Shown piece by piece: positions 63,866 through 64,000 of a DNA stretch of 64,000 nt. This stretch comes from Mizuhopecten yessoensis. Lineage: Eukaryota. Each line of letters opens with the position of its first letter. The stretch's first letter is position 1. The stretch covers positions 2,464,858-2,528,857 of the forward strand of contig NW_018408896.1 in NCBI RefSeq assembly GCF_002113885.1, written 5' to 3'. The notes under the pieces were generated by a model. It did no database searches. It saw only the letters and a program-made list of their open reading frames with translations, and was not told the DNA's origin. The translations under genes and the position numbers were made by a program.

Positions 63866-64000
63866 ATAATAAAGCAGCCAAGGTTGTATGTCACAGTATA
63901 ACCATTAACGACGACGGCAAAGGAACAAGGTACATGTACCTGCGCGTCGGGCAGATATACATGCAGAAGGAAATATGCATCTGGTAAGTTTACAGTTACA

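Overview
AT-rich eukaryotic DNA. The repeat families and gene style suggest a bivalve mollusc (inference). The window is a head-to-tail tandem array of minus-strand TRIM genes (RING / B-box / B-box / coiled-coil / NHL-like beta-propeller): four intact single-coding-exon copies (ATGs at 10583, 25434, 44426, 59961) and one truncated pseudogene (19722-20451). They sit in mosaic segmental duplications of about 15 kb. Two small tRNA-Phe(GAA) clusters lie in opposite orientation (169-1043 and 32447-33042). One tRNA gene is split by a 273-bp poly(A)-tailed retro-insertion with an exact 11-bp target-site duplication. The paralogous units supply empty sites that define several mobile elements: a 3.3-kb 8-bp-TSD element carrying a decayed SAM-domain/zinc-finger ORF, an IS3EU-type foldback element and a Helentron-type HINE. 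A hAT-like element with a 5-bp TSD and a Kolobok-type TTAA element are defined by their own TIRs and TSDs. A 61-bp satellite appears to have expanded from one monomer in the tRNA-repeat spacer, and a 33-bp minisatellite has about 4, 37 and 125 copies in three paralogous flanks. All alignments and counts were made by eye; no database searches were run.
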